Origin: a virus
Taxonomy: Duplodnaviria > Caudoviricetes
Direction: 5' to 3' (one strand)
Virus record (IMG/VR): IMGVR_UViG_3300030102_005174
Location: 1-56,014 of that record
DNA length: 56,014 nucleotides
Of the stretch, positions 18,498 through 27,601 are shown piece after piece. A program made the position numbers and the translations under genes. Positions within the stretch are counted from its first letter, which is position 1, and the number at the start of each line of letters is the position of its first letter. The notes beneath the pieces were generated by a model that searched no databases, was not told where the DNA came from, and saw only the letters and a program-made list of their open reading frames with translations.

Positions 18498-18959
18498 ATG
18501 AAGCAAAATATAACAGATATTAAGAAAGATAAAAATAGTGTTGTTTTCAGCATTTGGGAAAATCCAGTGCCAAAAGGCAGACCAAGAAGTACGGTTAGAA
18601 ACAATAAAATAAATGTTTTTACAGATACAAAAACAAGACAGTATGAATTTAGGTCAAAGTTATGGTTGGTTAGGGCTGTGGGTTTTACTCAATTTGAAGG
18701 CGCATTAAAAGTAACAGCACATTTTTATATAAAACCACCAAAAAAGTATAAAAAAGACGATATTGAAAATGAAAAATACTTTCCAAAAACTAGACCAGAT
18801 TTAGATAATTATGTAAAAGCATTATTAGATATTTGTAATGGAATAATTTTTAAAGATGATGCTCAAGTTGTTGAGTTAGAAACTTGTAAAAAATATTCAA
18901 ACCAACCAAAAACATTTGTAAAAGTAGAGGTATTAAATGCAAAGGAAAAAACTAAATAA
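18498..18959 (+). CDS. rusA: RusA-family Holliday junction resolvase
   Basis: PVPKGRPR and RPDLDNYVK..LD..NG..F.DDAQVV motifs. Confidence 0.92.
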   Translation: MKQNITDIKKDKNSVVFSIWENPVPKGRPRSTVRNNKINVFTDTKTRQYEFRSKLWLVRAVGFTQFEGALKVTAHFYIKPPKKYKKDDIENEKYFPKTRPDLDNYVKALLDICNGIIFKDDAQVVELETCKKYSNQPKTFVKVEVLNAKEKTK

Positions 18960-19266
18960 CAGAAGGCAAACAGAAACATTTTCAGTAAAAAATAATTACA
19001 CCAAACTTTATTGCAGTATTAGTCGTGATTCTGAAAATAAAATTAAAGAAGTTTTTTATACCGGCAGAGGTAAGGGTGGCAGTGATATGGACACATTACT
19101 TTATGATATTGGTGTTTTAATAAGTTTAGCTTTGCAAAATAACATTGAAATCGATCATTTGCTTAAAAGTTTATGTAAAAATGAAGATGGCACATACGCA
19201 TCTCCAATAGGGCTTGGACTTGAAAAAGCAAACAAAATTCAGAAAGAAGAGAGTTTACAAACATAA
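18937..19266 (+). CDS. Stand-alone TSCPD / NrdJ C-terminal-like domain protein
   Basis: R..L.NRR..ETF...EVF....K.GS......D....ISLALQ...SPIG pattern. Confidence 0.6.
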   Translation: MQRKKLNNRRQTETFSVKNNYTKLYCSISRDSENKIKEVFYTGRGKGGSDMDTLLYDIGVLISLALQNNIEIDHLLKSLCKNEDGTYASPIGLGLEKANKIQKEESLQT

Positions 19267-19306
19267 AAAGATAGATTACTAACCCCAAAACCCAATGGAG
19301 AATGAA

Positions 19307-19987
19307 ATGGAAAATAATTATAAAGCATATATGCCACTATGGGTTGGCGATTATATTTCTGATACCCAACATTTATCAACTTTAGAACATGGTATTTATT
19401 TATTGTTATTAATGCACTATTGGCGCAATGGCGCATTAACAAATGATAAAAGTAAATTAATGCGTATAACTAGAGTTTCTAGATACAAAATAATTCACAA
19501 TGTTTTGCATGAGTTCTTTCACTTAAAAGACAATAAATGGTGGAATTCTAGGCTTGAAAAAGAAATATTAAGAATACAAATTCATAAGGAAAAGCGTGTT
19601 AATTCTGCAAAAATTGCAAGCAAAGCACGGTGGGATAAAGAGAAACAAAAGAATATGCAAAGCGTAACCGTAACGCATAACGATTCGAATGCCACTCATA
19701 ATCATAACCATAATCAGAAAGAAGAATATATATTCTATGGTAATACGGTAAGAATAAATGAAGCTACATTAAAACAATTTTTAAAAGAAAATAAAAACCA
19801 TACAAGTCAAAGTATTATTGCAGAAATTAAAACTTGTGATGAATTTTATACTGCAAAATTAATGGATGGTAATTTAAAAGAAGATTATCCATATGGGCAA
19901 GAAGCATTTTTTAAATTAAAGGAGTGGATTAAAAAATCTAATAAAGCACCGGTTACAAAGACTCAAAGTATAAGGAGTGCAATATAA
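19307..19987 (+). CDS. DUF1376/YdaU-like replication initiator
   Basis: YMPLWVGDYISDTQHLSTLEHGIYLLLLMHYW; upstream of primase-helicase; SD GGAG. Confidence 0.85.
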   Translation: MENNYKAYMPLWVGDYISDTQHLSTLEHGIYLLLLMHYWRNGALTNDKSKLMRITRVSRYKIIHNVLHEFFHLKDNKWWNSRLEKEILRIQIHKEKRVNSAKIASKARWDKEKQKNMQSVTVTHNDSNATHNHNHNQKEEYIFYGNTVRINEATLKQFLKENKNHTSQSIIAEIKTCDEFYTAKLMDGNLKEDYPYGQEAFFKLKEWIKKSNKAPVTKTQSIRSAI

Positions 19988-21813
19988 TGGATAGCGTTAA
20001 ATTTGAAAATGAAACTGGTATTAAATTAAACAATTATAATGTTGGTAATCAAAAGATTGTTTGTCCACGATGTAAAGGGCAAGGGGGGCAAGGTTTTGAG
20101 GGCAAAACATTATCAGTAACTGTCGAGAATAATGGCATTATATGGTATTGTAATCGCCAAAATAAATGTGGTTTCACTGGTCGTTATAATACAGATGAGA
20201 ATTGGCGTGATTACAGGACATTTAATAAAGTTAAAAAAGTATATAAAAAACCAAAAGATAATATTAAAAATATTGATGGCAACGCTTTATTAAAAAAGTT
20301 TTTCAGTGATAGAAAAATCAGTGAAACAACATTACAGGAATGGAATGTTGGTTACAAGGTAGGTAAAAATAATTCAGTAAACATTGCATTTAGGTATAAA
20401 GATGCAACCAATAATTTAATAAATGTAAAATATAGAAACACTGATAAAAAATTATTTTATCAAGAAGCAAACTGCGAGCAAATATTTTATGGGTTGCATA
20501 TGCTGGAAAAAACCGAAAAACAAGATGTTTTGTATATTGTTGAGGGCGAGGTTGATGCACTCTCAATGTGGGAAGCCGGTTTTAGAAATGTGCTGTCAAT
20601 ACCAAGTGGTGGCATAAGTTTAAAGAGTGTTGGTAATTTAGAAAAAGATGCAGATAAATTTAATTTTCTTTTACACAGCGATGAACTGTTAAGTAAATGT
20701 GAAAAGTTTGTTTTAGCTTGCGATTATGATGAAGTGGGCAAAGCAACAATGCAAGAATTAAGCAGACGTTTGGGGCGTGAAAAATGTTTTAGGGTTACAT
20801 TTCCGGCAAAAGAAAATGGAAGTTTTTACAAAGATGCAAACGAAGTTTTAATTAATTTAGGCAAAGAAGTTTTGTTTAATTGTGTTGAAAACGCAGAACC
20901 ATTTCCAATATTTGATGTTCACTCTGTAAACGATTATGCAGATGAGGTTTTTAAACTATATAATGGCGAAGTTGAACCACCATTTAGCACCGGTTTTGAA
21001 AATTTAGATGAATATATGAAAGTTAAGTTAGGTGATATCAGTGTTGTAACCGGTATCCCAAACAGTGGTAAATCTGAAATGGTTGATGCAATTATTCTTA
21101 ACATGGCGAGGTTACATGGTTGGAAATTTGGAATGTGCAGTTTTGAAAATCCACCAAAGTATCATATTGCAAAGTTACTTGAGAAACATATTGGCGCACC
21201 TTTTTTTGGTGGAAGTTCTTACAGCAACAAAATAAGCAAAATAGAATTAAATAAAGGTTTAGAATATTTAAACGATAAAATACATTTTGTTAGAGCAGAT
21301 AATCCGGATGAGAGACCACCAAATATTGATTGGATAATCGACAAGGCAAAAGTGTTGGTTAGAAGGTTTGGCATTAAAGGTTTTGTTATTGATCCATATA
21401 ATGAAATTGAAAGCACAAGACCTACAAATATGATGGAAACTGAGTTCATAAGTATGGTTTTAAGTAAAATAAAAAGATTTGCACAAACTTATGAATGCCA
21501 TGTCTGGATTGTGGCGCATCCTAGAAAAATGAACAGCATTGATGGTAAAGTTCCAATACCGGCATTATATGATATTGCATCATCTGCGCATTGGGCAAAC
21601 AAAGCTGATTTGGGTTGGTGTTTAAGCAGAGATAGAAATAATCCTAGCCAGCCGGTTGAACTTCATGTACTTAAAGTTAGATGGAAAGAATGTGGAATGG
21701 CTGGAAATATTGCATATTTTACTTGGGACAGATGGAGTGGCAGATATAAAGGGTTAGCCAATGTCAAAGAAGAAGAAACAGAAAACAACCCAAGAACCAA
21801 TTATTACACCTAA
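19987..21813 (+). CDS. Bifunctional primase-helicase (T7 gp4/Twinkle-like)
   Basis: CPRC zinc site; TOPRIM VEGEVDALS and DYDEVG; Walker A GIPNSGKS; VIDP; VAHPRK. Confidence 0.93.
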   Translation: MDSVKFENETGIKLNNYNVGNQKIVCPRCKGQGGQGFEGKTLSVTVENNGIIWYCNRQNKCGFTGRYNTDENWRDYRTFNKVKKVYKKPKDNIKNIDGNALLKKFFSDRKISETTLQEWNVGYKVGKNNSVNIAFRYKDATNNLINVKYRNTDKKLFYQEANCEQIFYGLHMLEKTEKQDVLYIVEGEVDALSMWEAGFRNVLSIPSGGISLKSVGNLEKDADKFNFLLHSDELLSKCEKFVLACDYDEVGKATMQELSRRLGREKCFRVTFPAKENGSFYKDANEVLINLGKEVLFNCVENAEPFPIFDVHSVNDYADEVFKLYNGEVEPPFSTGFENLDEYMKVKLGDISVVTGIPNSGKSEMVDAIILNMARLHGWKFGMCSFENPPKYHIAKLLEKHIGAPFFGGSSYSNKISKIELNKGLEYLNDKIHFVRADNPDERPPNIDWIIDKAKVLVRRFGIKGFVIDPYNEIESTRPTNMMETEFISMVLSKIKRFAQTYECHVWIVAHPRKMNSIDGKVPIPALYDIASSAHWANKADLGWCLSRDRNNPSQPVELHVLKVRWKECGMAGNIAYFTWDRWSGRYKGLANVKEEETENNPRTNYYT

Positions 21814-22258
21814 TAAATGGCAAAGCCAACACCATGAATATGAAATATCTAATGCAAGGAGCAAACGAAGATTATACAGGGTTACAAACCAAACACCACT
21901 TGATTATTTGTACAAAAGAAAAAGTATTGATGATAGCCAATATCAAGCCGGCAATGAAATACATAAATTTTTTCAAATTGCAAACATACAAAAATTAAAA
22001 GCTGTTGATTATTCTAGAAATAAAAATTATGGCACAACAAAAGACGATTTAACAAGTTCACAAATACACGCTAGAAAAAAATTAAAAGAAGTAATACAAA
22101 AACTTGGCAGAGTAGGTTCTAAAATTGCTTTAGATGTATGTTGTTATGAAAATACTGTTAAAGATGTAAGTATTAAAATATCGAAAAATGAAAAATATGT
22201 AATGGAGCGTTTAAGAGAAGCGCTTGATGATTATGCTATTTTTATGGGTATTAAATAA
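21761..22258 (+). CDS. Putative late transcription regulator (DUF6456-like)
   Basis: TPLDYL...I...QYQAG and C-terminal helix RLREALD.; end of the replication operon. Confidence 0.6.
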   Translation: MSKKKKQKTTQEPIITPNKWQSQHHEYEISNARSKRRLYRVTNQTPLDYLYKRKSIDDSQYQAGNEIHKFFQIANIQKLKAVDYSRNKNYGTTKDDLTSSQIHARKKLKEVIQKLGRVGSKIALDVCCYENTVKDVSIKISKNEKYVMERLREALDDYAIFMGIK

Positions 22259-22259
22259 A

Positions 22260-22285
22260 AAAGGGGCTACTGACATAGCCCCTTT
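22260..22285. terminator. Bidirectional intrinsic terminator
   Basis: AAAGGGGCTA/TAGCCCCTTT stem between convergent genes. Confidence 0.8.
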
Positions 22286-22320
22286 CCTCATGAAAAAGAA
22301 GTAAAAACATTTATATCATA

Positions 22321-22563
22321 TTATTTTTCTAAAATCAACTCTATATGTCTTTTAATATCAATACTGCCATTTAAACCTAGCTGTCTCCTTTCATTTAGTA
22401 ACGCTAATATTAAAGGCATCTCCGGTGGTATAGCACGGCTACCGGCTATCCATCTCCTAACTGTAGATTCATTTCTTCCCAGCAACTTACTTAACTTACG
22501 TTGCGAACCCCAGCCAAAAACATTTTCAATACTTTTCTTAAATTCCTTTGGGTTTAAATCCAT
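22321..22563 (-). CDS. XRE/Cro-like HTH regulator; candidate operator-binding protein
   Basis: SQRKLSKLLGRNESTVRRWIAG..IP HTH; SD GGTGA before MDLNP; operator in its own promoter. Confidence 0.8.
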   Translation of the reverse strand: MDLNPKEFKKSIENVFGWGSQRKLSKLLGRNESTVRRWIAGSRAIPPEMPLILALLNERRQLGLNGSIDIKRHIELILEK

Positions 22564-22590
22564 TTCATCACCTATTCTTTTCATAAATGC

Positions 22591-22619
22591 AATGTAGTGC
22601 CAAATGCACTAAAAAGCAA
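22591..22619 (-). promoter_or_regulatory. HTH gene promoter with operator
   Basis: TTGCTT-N17-TACATT; TAGTGCCAAATGCACTA at 22595-22611. Confidence 0.8.
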
Positions 22620-22621
22620 TC

Positions 22622-22648
22622 AAAAAGGGGCATTACACCCCTTTTTTT
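22622..22648 (-). terminator. Intrinsic terminator (bidirectional form)
   Basis: AAAAAGGGG/CCCCTTTTT stem downstream of the 22660 gene. Confidence 0.7.
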
Positions 22649-22659
22649 ATTTTTATTTG

Positions 22660-23757
22660 TTAAGCTACGTCTTGTAAAACTTTCCATTCATTGGGTTGTA
22701 AATCAAGTATTTTACCCCCAATTCTTTCAAGCTCAGTAGCTCTTTCATAGGTGTCGGCTTTTTTACTATAATCGGTAACTGCATTTAATAAACCCCATGC
22801 AGTTACATCACCACCTTTAATCAAAGATGTTAAAATGCCTTCTTGCTCATTTTCAGCAAGCCCATATTGTTTAGCCAAAACTTTAATAGTTTCGTTTGGA
22901 GCATTCATTTCTGAACTGTCTGCAAGGCTACGCATTTTATCAACATTATTTAAAAACAAAGTTTCGTTTGCAGTGTTTTTAACAATATCTCTAATTGCCA
23001 ATTTAAGCGTATGTGCATCTGCTTCAAGTGTTTCGGTGCTTAACAAATCATAGCTTTCACTCAATTTAGTTCCAACATGAGTTTTGCGAGTTTTGCCATC
23101 TTGAACAACCAAACCATTATCGCAAACAAGTCTATAAACCAACATACTTACTTCAACTGCACCAAATCCAACTTCAGAATTTCTAATAAGCAAACCGGAT
23201 TGTACAACATCACCCTTTTTAACAATGGCTGATATTTGTGGTAAAACAGCTTTTATGTACATATTTTTGTCGGTTAAACTACAGCTTTTAATCTGAATGT
23301 TTGGCATCTCCAAAAGAGTTGGTAATGCGCCCTCTGCGATAAGTTCGTTATCGATACGCTTGTATTTATCACTTAAGAAAGCCCTACAAGTATATTTTTC
23401 TAAATTATTTTGTTTATCTTGACCATCGTCAAACAAACGCAACATTCTTGGTTTTGGGTTTTTCTCAAACCAATGATTAATATTTTCTTTTAATAATGAT
23501 TGGTTGTCCTCAAAACGCATTTTATCATAATATCTTTTGGGGATATCTAAATGTGTTGCAATTTGCGTATGCGCAACATCACTAATATCAAGTTGAGAAT
23601 TTGGCATCTCATTTGAGTTAATACCAAATGCCAAATCATTTCGTGTTGTTGATTTTTCCAAAGTCAATTTATTTGTAGATAATACAATATCTTTTTTCTT
23701 GGCTTTGTTTTCTTCTAGCTTTTTAGCTAATTCAATTAAATTTATATCTTGTTTCAT
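22660..23757 (-). CDS. DUF932/DUF945-like early protein
   Basis: RAFLSDKY.RIDN, NSEVG.G...V....YRLVC.NG and T.WGL.NAVT motifs. Confidence 0.8.
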   Translation of the reverse strand: MKQDINLIELAKKLEENKAKKKDIVLSTNKLTLEKSTTRNDLAFGINSNEMPNSQLDISDVAHTQIATHLDIPKRYYDKMRFEDNQSLLKENINHWFEKNPKPRMLRLFDDGQDKQNNLEKYTCRAFLSDKYKRIDNELIAEGALPTLLEMPNIQIKSCSLTDKNMYIKAVLPQISAIVKKGDVVQSGLLIRNSEVGFGAVEVSMLVYRLVCDNGLVVQDGKTRKTHVGTKLSESYDLLSTETLEADAHTLKLAIRDIVKNTANETLFLNNVDKMRSLADSSEMNAPNETIKVLAKQYGLAENEQEGILTSLIKGGDVTAWGLLNAVTDYSKKADTYERATELERIGGKILDLQPNEWKVLQDVA

Positions 23758-23803
23758 AATTTTCCTTTCTGCCCCAGCTTTCGCTGGGGCTTATTTTAAG
23801 TTA

Positions 23804-24046
23804 TTATTGATTTTGTGCCTTAACCCATTTATCCATAGATTTTTTGGTCATTGCGTTTTCAAACATTAGGTTTAAAGTTCCATCTAACATTTGGTCTAGT
23901 CCATCATCACCTAAATCAAATTTTAATTCGCCTTTCATAAGTGATGGTGATTTTTCCAACTTCTTAAATTCTTCTCTAATTAAAGCTGAAAATTTAACAG
24001 CAAATTCTTGCTGTATTTCTTCTATTGCATTGTATCTTCCTAACAT
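23804..24046 (-). CDS. Hypothetical early protein
   Basis: SD AAGG; first gene after an operator-containing promoter. Confidence 0.65.
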   Translation of the reverse strand: MLGRYNAIEEIQQEFAVKFSALIREEFKKLEKSPSLMKGELKFDLGDDGLDQMLDGTLNLMFENAMTKKSMDKWVKAQNQ

Positions 24047-24086
24047 ATGTTTTACCTTTCGTTAGTTTGTTTTAATTTATAATTTT

Positions 24087-24115
24087 AATATAGCACCATT
24101 GGCACTAATTGTCAA
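24087..24115 (-). promoter_or_regulatory. Strong promoter with operator
   Basis: TTGACA-N17-TATATT; TAGCACCATTGGCACTA at 24091-24107. Confidence 0.85.
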
Positions 24116-24217
24116 GTACTATTTTCAAGGGTGTTCACTAATTTGCAAAAAGACTTGCAATATATTTTATTTAGATTTATATGTTCACAAACTTAAATTC
24201 ATAACTTGGAGAAAAAA

Positions 24218-24712
24218 ATGAAAAGTAAAATATTTAAATTTTTAAATGAACTTAACTATGAACAATTAAAAGAATCTGTAAATGATATGTATTGGGAATA
24301 CGATAGAATGAGTTCAAGTGGACAAGAAACATTAGATAAAATGGCAGACATTTTAAAATTGCCAAATTTTGTTGAAAGAGAATTGGTTAAAAAAACTGAA
24401 AACTCAATATTTATAATGTTTGAGCAAAGTGGCAAAAAAACTCCCATTGATTACATGGTTGCAGAAAATGGTGGCATTTCATTTTTTAGTAATGAAAAAT
24501 TAGTTGCTTGGACAAAAACACCGGATGGTGTTGCATATCTTTTAAGAAAAAGAGGATTAAGCCCAAAAGGTATTAAATACAGTTCATCAATTAATTTTGC
24601 ATCAGAATATGGTTTTAAAAACAATCAAGATGCGATAGCATTATTTGATAAAGGTTTGTTAAAACATGAAAAAGAAAATGCAAGATTAAATATTTCTAAT
24701 CCAGTAATATAG
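24218..24712 (+). CDS. Hypothetical protein
   Basis: SD GGAG; WEYDRMSSSGQETLDK and SSSINFA.EYGF segments. Confidence 0.7.
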   Translation: MKSKIFKFLNELNYEQLKESVNDMYWEYDRMSSSGQETLDKMADILKLPNFVERELVKKTENSIFIMFEQSGKKTPIDYMVAENGGISFFSNEKLVAWTKTPDGVAYLLRKRGLSPKGIKYSSSINFASEYGFKNNQDAIALFDKGLLKHEKENARLNISNPVI

Positions 24713-24722
24713 GGAGAAAAAT

Positions 24723-24896
24723 ATGTTAAATAAAATTGTAAGATACTCAAGTTTAACTTTAGTTACTTTTGGTGTAGCTATATTATTTTGGTTTGTTGCA
24801 ATAAATTTTTTATTAAATTGCCAAACATGGGATCAAGATTTATGGACAAAAAATAGCAGTTGCATAACAGTTCCTATGATTTTGGGTTTTGAATAA
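24723..24896 (+). CDS. 57-aa membrane protein (not in ORF track)
   Basis: SD GGGAG; one TM helix followed by CQTW...W...SC. Confidence 0.65.
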   Translation: MLNKIVRYSSLTLVTFGVAILFWFVAINFLLNCQTWDQDLWTKNSSCITVPMILGFE

Positions 24897-24908
24897 AAAA
24901 AATAAAAC

Positions 24909-24937
24909 TTGCAATGCGTTGCAAATTGTGGTAAACT
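24909..24937 (+). promoter_or_regulatory. Sigma70 promoter with extended -10 and TTGCAA-N4-TTGCAA palindrome
   Basis: TTGCAA-N17-TAAACT with TG at the extended -10 position. Confidence 0.6.
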
Positions 24938-24971
24938 GTTTTTAACTTAAACCTTAATGAAAGGAAAGGAC

Positions 24972-25508
24972 ATGGAAAATCCTTTAGTAAATAGCCCAAA
25001 TGTAGGGTTGGATTTTGTTTACAATGACGGTGGGCGCTCGAAATATTTTAAGGGCAAAAATGCCGGTGATTGTGTAACACGCTCCATAGCCATAGCTGGC
25101 GAGTACGATTATGAATGGGTTTATAACTCTCTTGCAGAAGAGATTAAATGGTATTGCTCCGTTCATAATGATAAGATAGCAAAAAGTTATCGTAAAAATT
25201 TTAGGGGTAATTGGTACGATAAAAGTAAAACTCCTCGTAATGGCGTTCACAAAGAAATTTATAAAGGCTGGTTATTTAAAAATAATTGGCAATGGCGAGC
25301 ATTACAAAACTTTGACCCAAGTGATGGTCATAAGAAGTTTTATGATTTACCCAAACAGGGTAGAATAATAGTTTCGTGCCGAAGGCATTTAAGTAGCCTA
25401 GTTGATGGTGTTGTGCATGATACTTGGAATGCAAGCATTTCTGAGTATGAGGGTGAGACCTTATGGCGCAGTGTATTGGGTTACTTCCATAAAGTAGGGG
25501 GCGCATAA
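24972..25508 (+). CDS. Conserved phage protein, possibly papain-like Cys hydrolase
   Basis: NDGGR..GDCVTRSIAIA ... RHL..VDG..HDTW (candidate Cys/His/Asp triad). Confidence 0.55.
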   Translation: MENPLVNSPNVGLDFVYNDGGRSKYFKGKNAGDCVTRSIAIAGEYDYEWVYNSLAEEIKWYCSVHNDKIAKSYRKNFRGNWYDKSKTPRNGVHKEIYKGWLFKNNWQWRALQNFDPSDGHKKFYDLPKQGRIIVSCRRHLSSLVDGVVHDTWNASISEYEGETLWRSVLGYFHKVGGA

Positions 25509-26677
25509 TGAGCGCTCCATTACTTATCAATCAAGCCATAGGTGGTTTAGCAAATCCGGAAAAGTCTATACTAGGATTTGTAAACAAAAAAAACCTAACA
25601 AAGGACACAAATAAATTGGCGATACAAAGTTCAAGGCAAGCATTAAAAATGCTTGCCGACAGCCAAAAGTTTTTTATTGATGAAAAGTTAATGCAAACTG
25701 TTGGTGAATTAGCATCACAAGATCAAAACAAAATAATTGAATTAATTAAAAGGGCGATACCACCTTTCGATAATATGTTTGTTGAATGGAATGAAAAAAG
25801 ACGTCTTGAAAATTTAGGTGCTGATGCAACGCAATCATTTTTTCAAGTTGGCTATCATATACAACGTCTTAATGGTATGTTTTTTTATACATCATATAAC
25901 ATGGTTGATAGGTTAAAGTCCGATTCTAATTATGAAGTTAAATATGGTAATAATTATTTAAACAAAGTTATTAGTAATAAAATTCATATACCATTAACCG
26001 GTTTTTATTTATCCAATGATGAAAAACTATCTAATAATGATTTTCAAAACACCATAGATTTTAAACAAAATACTTTTGGTGCTACAAAAAAACAGATAAG
26101 AGAATCACACGAATTTCATTGTAAACATTTAATTGGTGAACATTATTGTGAAAGTGAAAAAACATCACGATTGATAAATTGGTTAGATGGCAGATTGGAA
26201 ACTGCACAAACTATTGCAACTAATATGATGTTTCCGGATAAAACTTTAACAAAAGGTTTTAATAAAGAAGAAATGTCTAGGTGGGTTGCATCTGATATGA
26301 AAGCTATTGGTGGTGATTTAAGATTAATAACTGCAATTTTAGCAACATTAAATTATGACCATATTGTTTATAATGATGCAAAGCCAAACCCAAAAATATT
26401 ACATACAAGAAACGGTAGGTCTTTACCAAAATATTCTTACAGGCTGGTTACAATAGATTTACCAAAGCCAAAGGTAAGAAAAGTTTACAAAGGCATAATT
26501 ACCGGCAGTGGTTCTCCAAAAGCTGAACATTGGCGCAGAGGACATTGGCGAGTACAAAATTATAAAAATGGTAAAAAGCGTATATGGATAGAACCAATGA
26601 AAGTTGGTGATAAAAATATTGGCGTAATTGAACATGATTATATTTTGAGGGGGAAAGAGAAATGTTTAACTCATTAA
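25508..26677 (+). CDS. Hypothetical protein with C-terminal HWRRGHWR motif
   Basis: 389 aa; PPF.NMFVEW and SPKAEHWRRGHWR...WI.P..VG. Confidence 0.65.
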   Translation: MSAPLLINQAIGGLANPEKSILGFVNKKNLTKDTNKLAIQSSRQALKMLADSQKFFIDEKLMQTVGELASQDQNKIIELIKRAIPPFDNMFVEWNEKRRLENLGADATQSFFQVGYHIQRLNGMFFYTSYNMVDRLKSDSNYEVKYGNNYLNKVISNKIHIPLTGFYLSNDEKLSNNDFQNTIDFKQNTFGATKKQIRESHEFHCKHLIGEHYCESEKTSRLINWLDGRLETAQTIATNMMFPDKTLTKGFNKEEMSRWVASDMKAIGGDLRLITAILATLNYDHIVYNDAKPNPKILHTRNGRSLPKYSYRLVTIDLPKPKVRKVYKGIITGSGSPKAEHWRRGHWRVQNYKNGKKRIWIEPMKVGDKNIGVIEHDYILRGKEKCLTH

Positions 26678-27084
26678 TCTGCCTAGCTACTGCAATCTAT
26701 TTCGAAGCAAGAGGTGAGCCTATGGTTGGGCAAGTCGCAGTAGCTCAAGTGGTCATTAATCGTGTTGCAGATTGGAGATATCCAAATGATGTTTGCGAGG
26801 TTGTAACACAGGGTTACTATTATACTTGGGATAATACAAAACCAATTAAAGATAAATGCCAGTTCAGTTTTTGGTGCGATGGTTTGCCGGAGACAATAAA
26901 TGATAAATTAGCATGGGGTTTTGCATTAGATATTGCCGAAGCAACGCTTAATGGATATTTGTATGATACCACACAAGGCGCAACACATTACCACGCTTAT
27001 TATGTACAGCCTAGCTGGCGTAAAAGTTTTACACAAACGGTCAGAATAAATGACCACATTTTTTATAGATGGGAGATTGAATAA
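26662..27084 (+). CDS. Cell wall hydrolase (SleB / Hydrolase_2 family)
   Basis: CLA.AIYFEARGEP..GQ.AVA.VV.NR, QFSF.CDG, GATHYHA..V.PSW and HIFY. Confidence 0.93.
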   Translation: MFNSLICLATAIYFEARGEPMVGQVAVAQVVINRVADWRYPNDVCEVVTQGYYYTWDNTKPIKDKCQFSFWCDGLPETINDKLAWGFALDIAEATLNGYLYDTTQGATHYHAYYVQPSWRKSFTQTVRINDHIFYRWEIE

Positions 27085-27326
27085 TGACAAAATTTTCAAC
27101 TGAATTTATTGATAAGGTAAAAACACATTGGGAAGAAAATAAAGGCAAAGTAAAATATGTTGCTGAAACTGGTGTACACCTTAAACGCAAAACATCAAAA
27201 AAATATACATTAGATGATGTAGCTGACCATTTTGGTATTACAGAAAGCCAAGCAAGGCGTATTTTGTACGTCAAGCCCACCAAGCCAAAAGAACATATTT
27301 CAGAGGTACAAACATACCAGCGTTAG
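27084..27326 (+). CDS. Small HTH DNA-binding protein
   Basis: TLDDVADHFGITESQARRILY. Confidence 0.65.
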   Translation: MTKFSTEFIDKVKTHWEENKGKVKYVAETGVHLKRKTSKKYTLDDVADHFGITESQARRILYVKPTKPKEHISEVQTYQR

Positions 27327-27448
27327 TGTTTTCACCCATTTCTCGGTGTTTAAAACGCCAAAAATTTAAGTATTTTAGTTTAAAATTTGCAATATTTTAA
27401 AAAAAACTGTATATACTTATTTTTAAGCAATTTATGTTTTCTCAACTT

Positions 27449-27483
27449 ACCCCCCTTTTTTTTAATTGGGGGGTCTTTTTTTT
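27449..27483 (+). terminator. Intrinsic terminator
   Basis: ACCCCCC/GGGGGGT stem followed by a T-run. Confidence 0.75.
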
Positions 27484-27601
27484 CTTGTGCGAAAGTCACT
27501 GCTGAGATATAACTTTGTTAAAGTGAGGGTATTAATGAAAGGAAAACTTTTAATACTTAATACTGTTATCAGTAATTCAAGACGTAGAACCCAAACTGCA
27601 G

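Noticed and set aside
19660-19720. CATAA/CGTAAC short repeats in the initiator gene as origin iterons
   Set aside because: Explained by the low-complexity NHNHNQ linker; too short and degenerate to call an origin.
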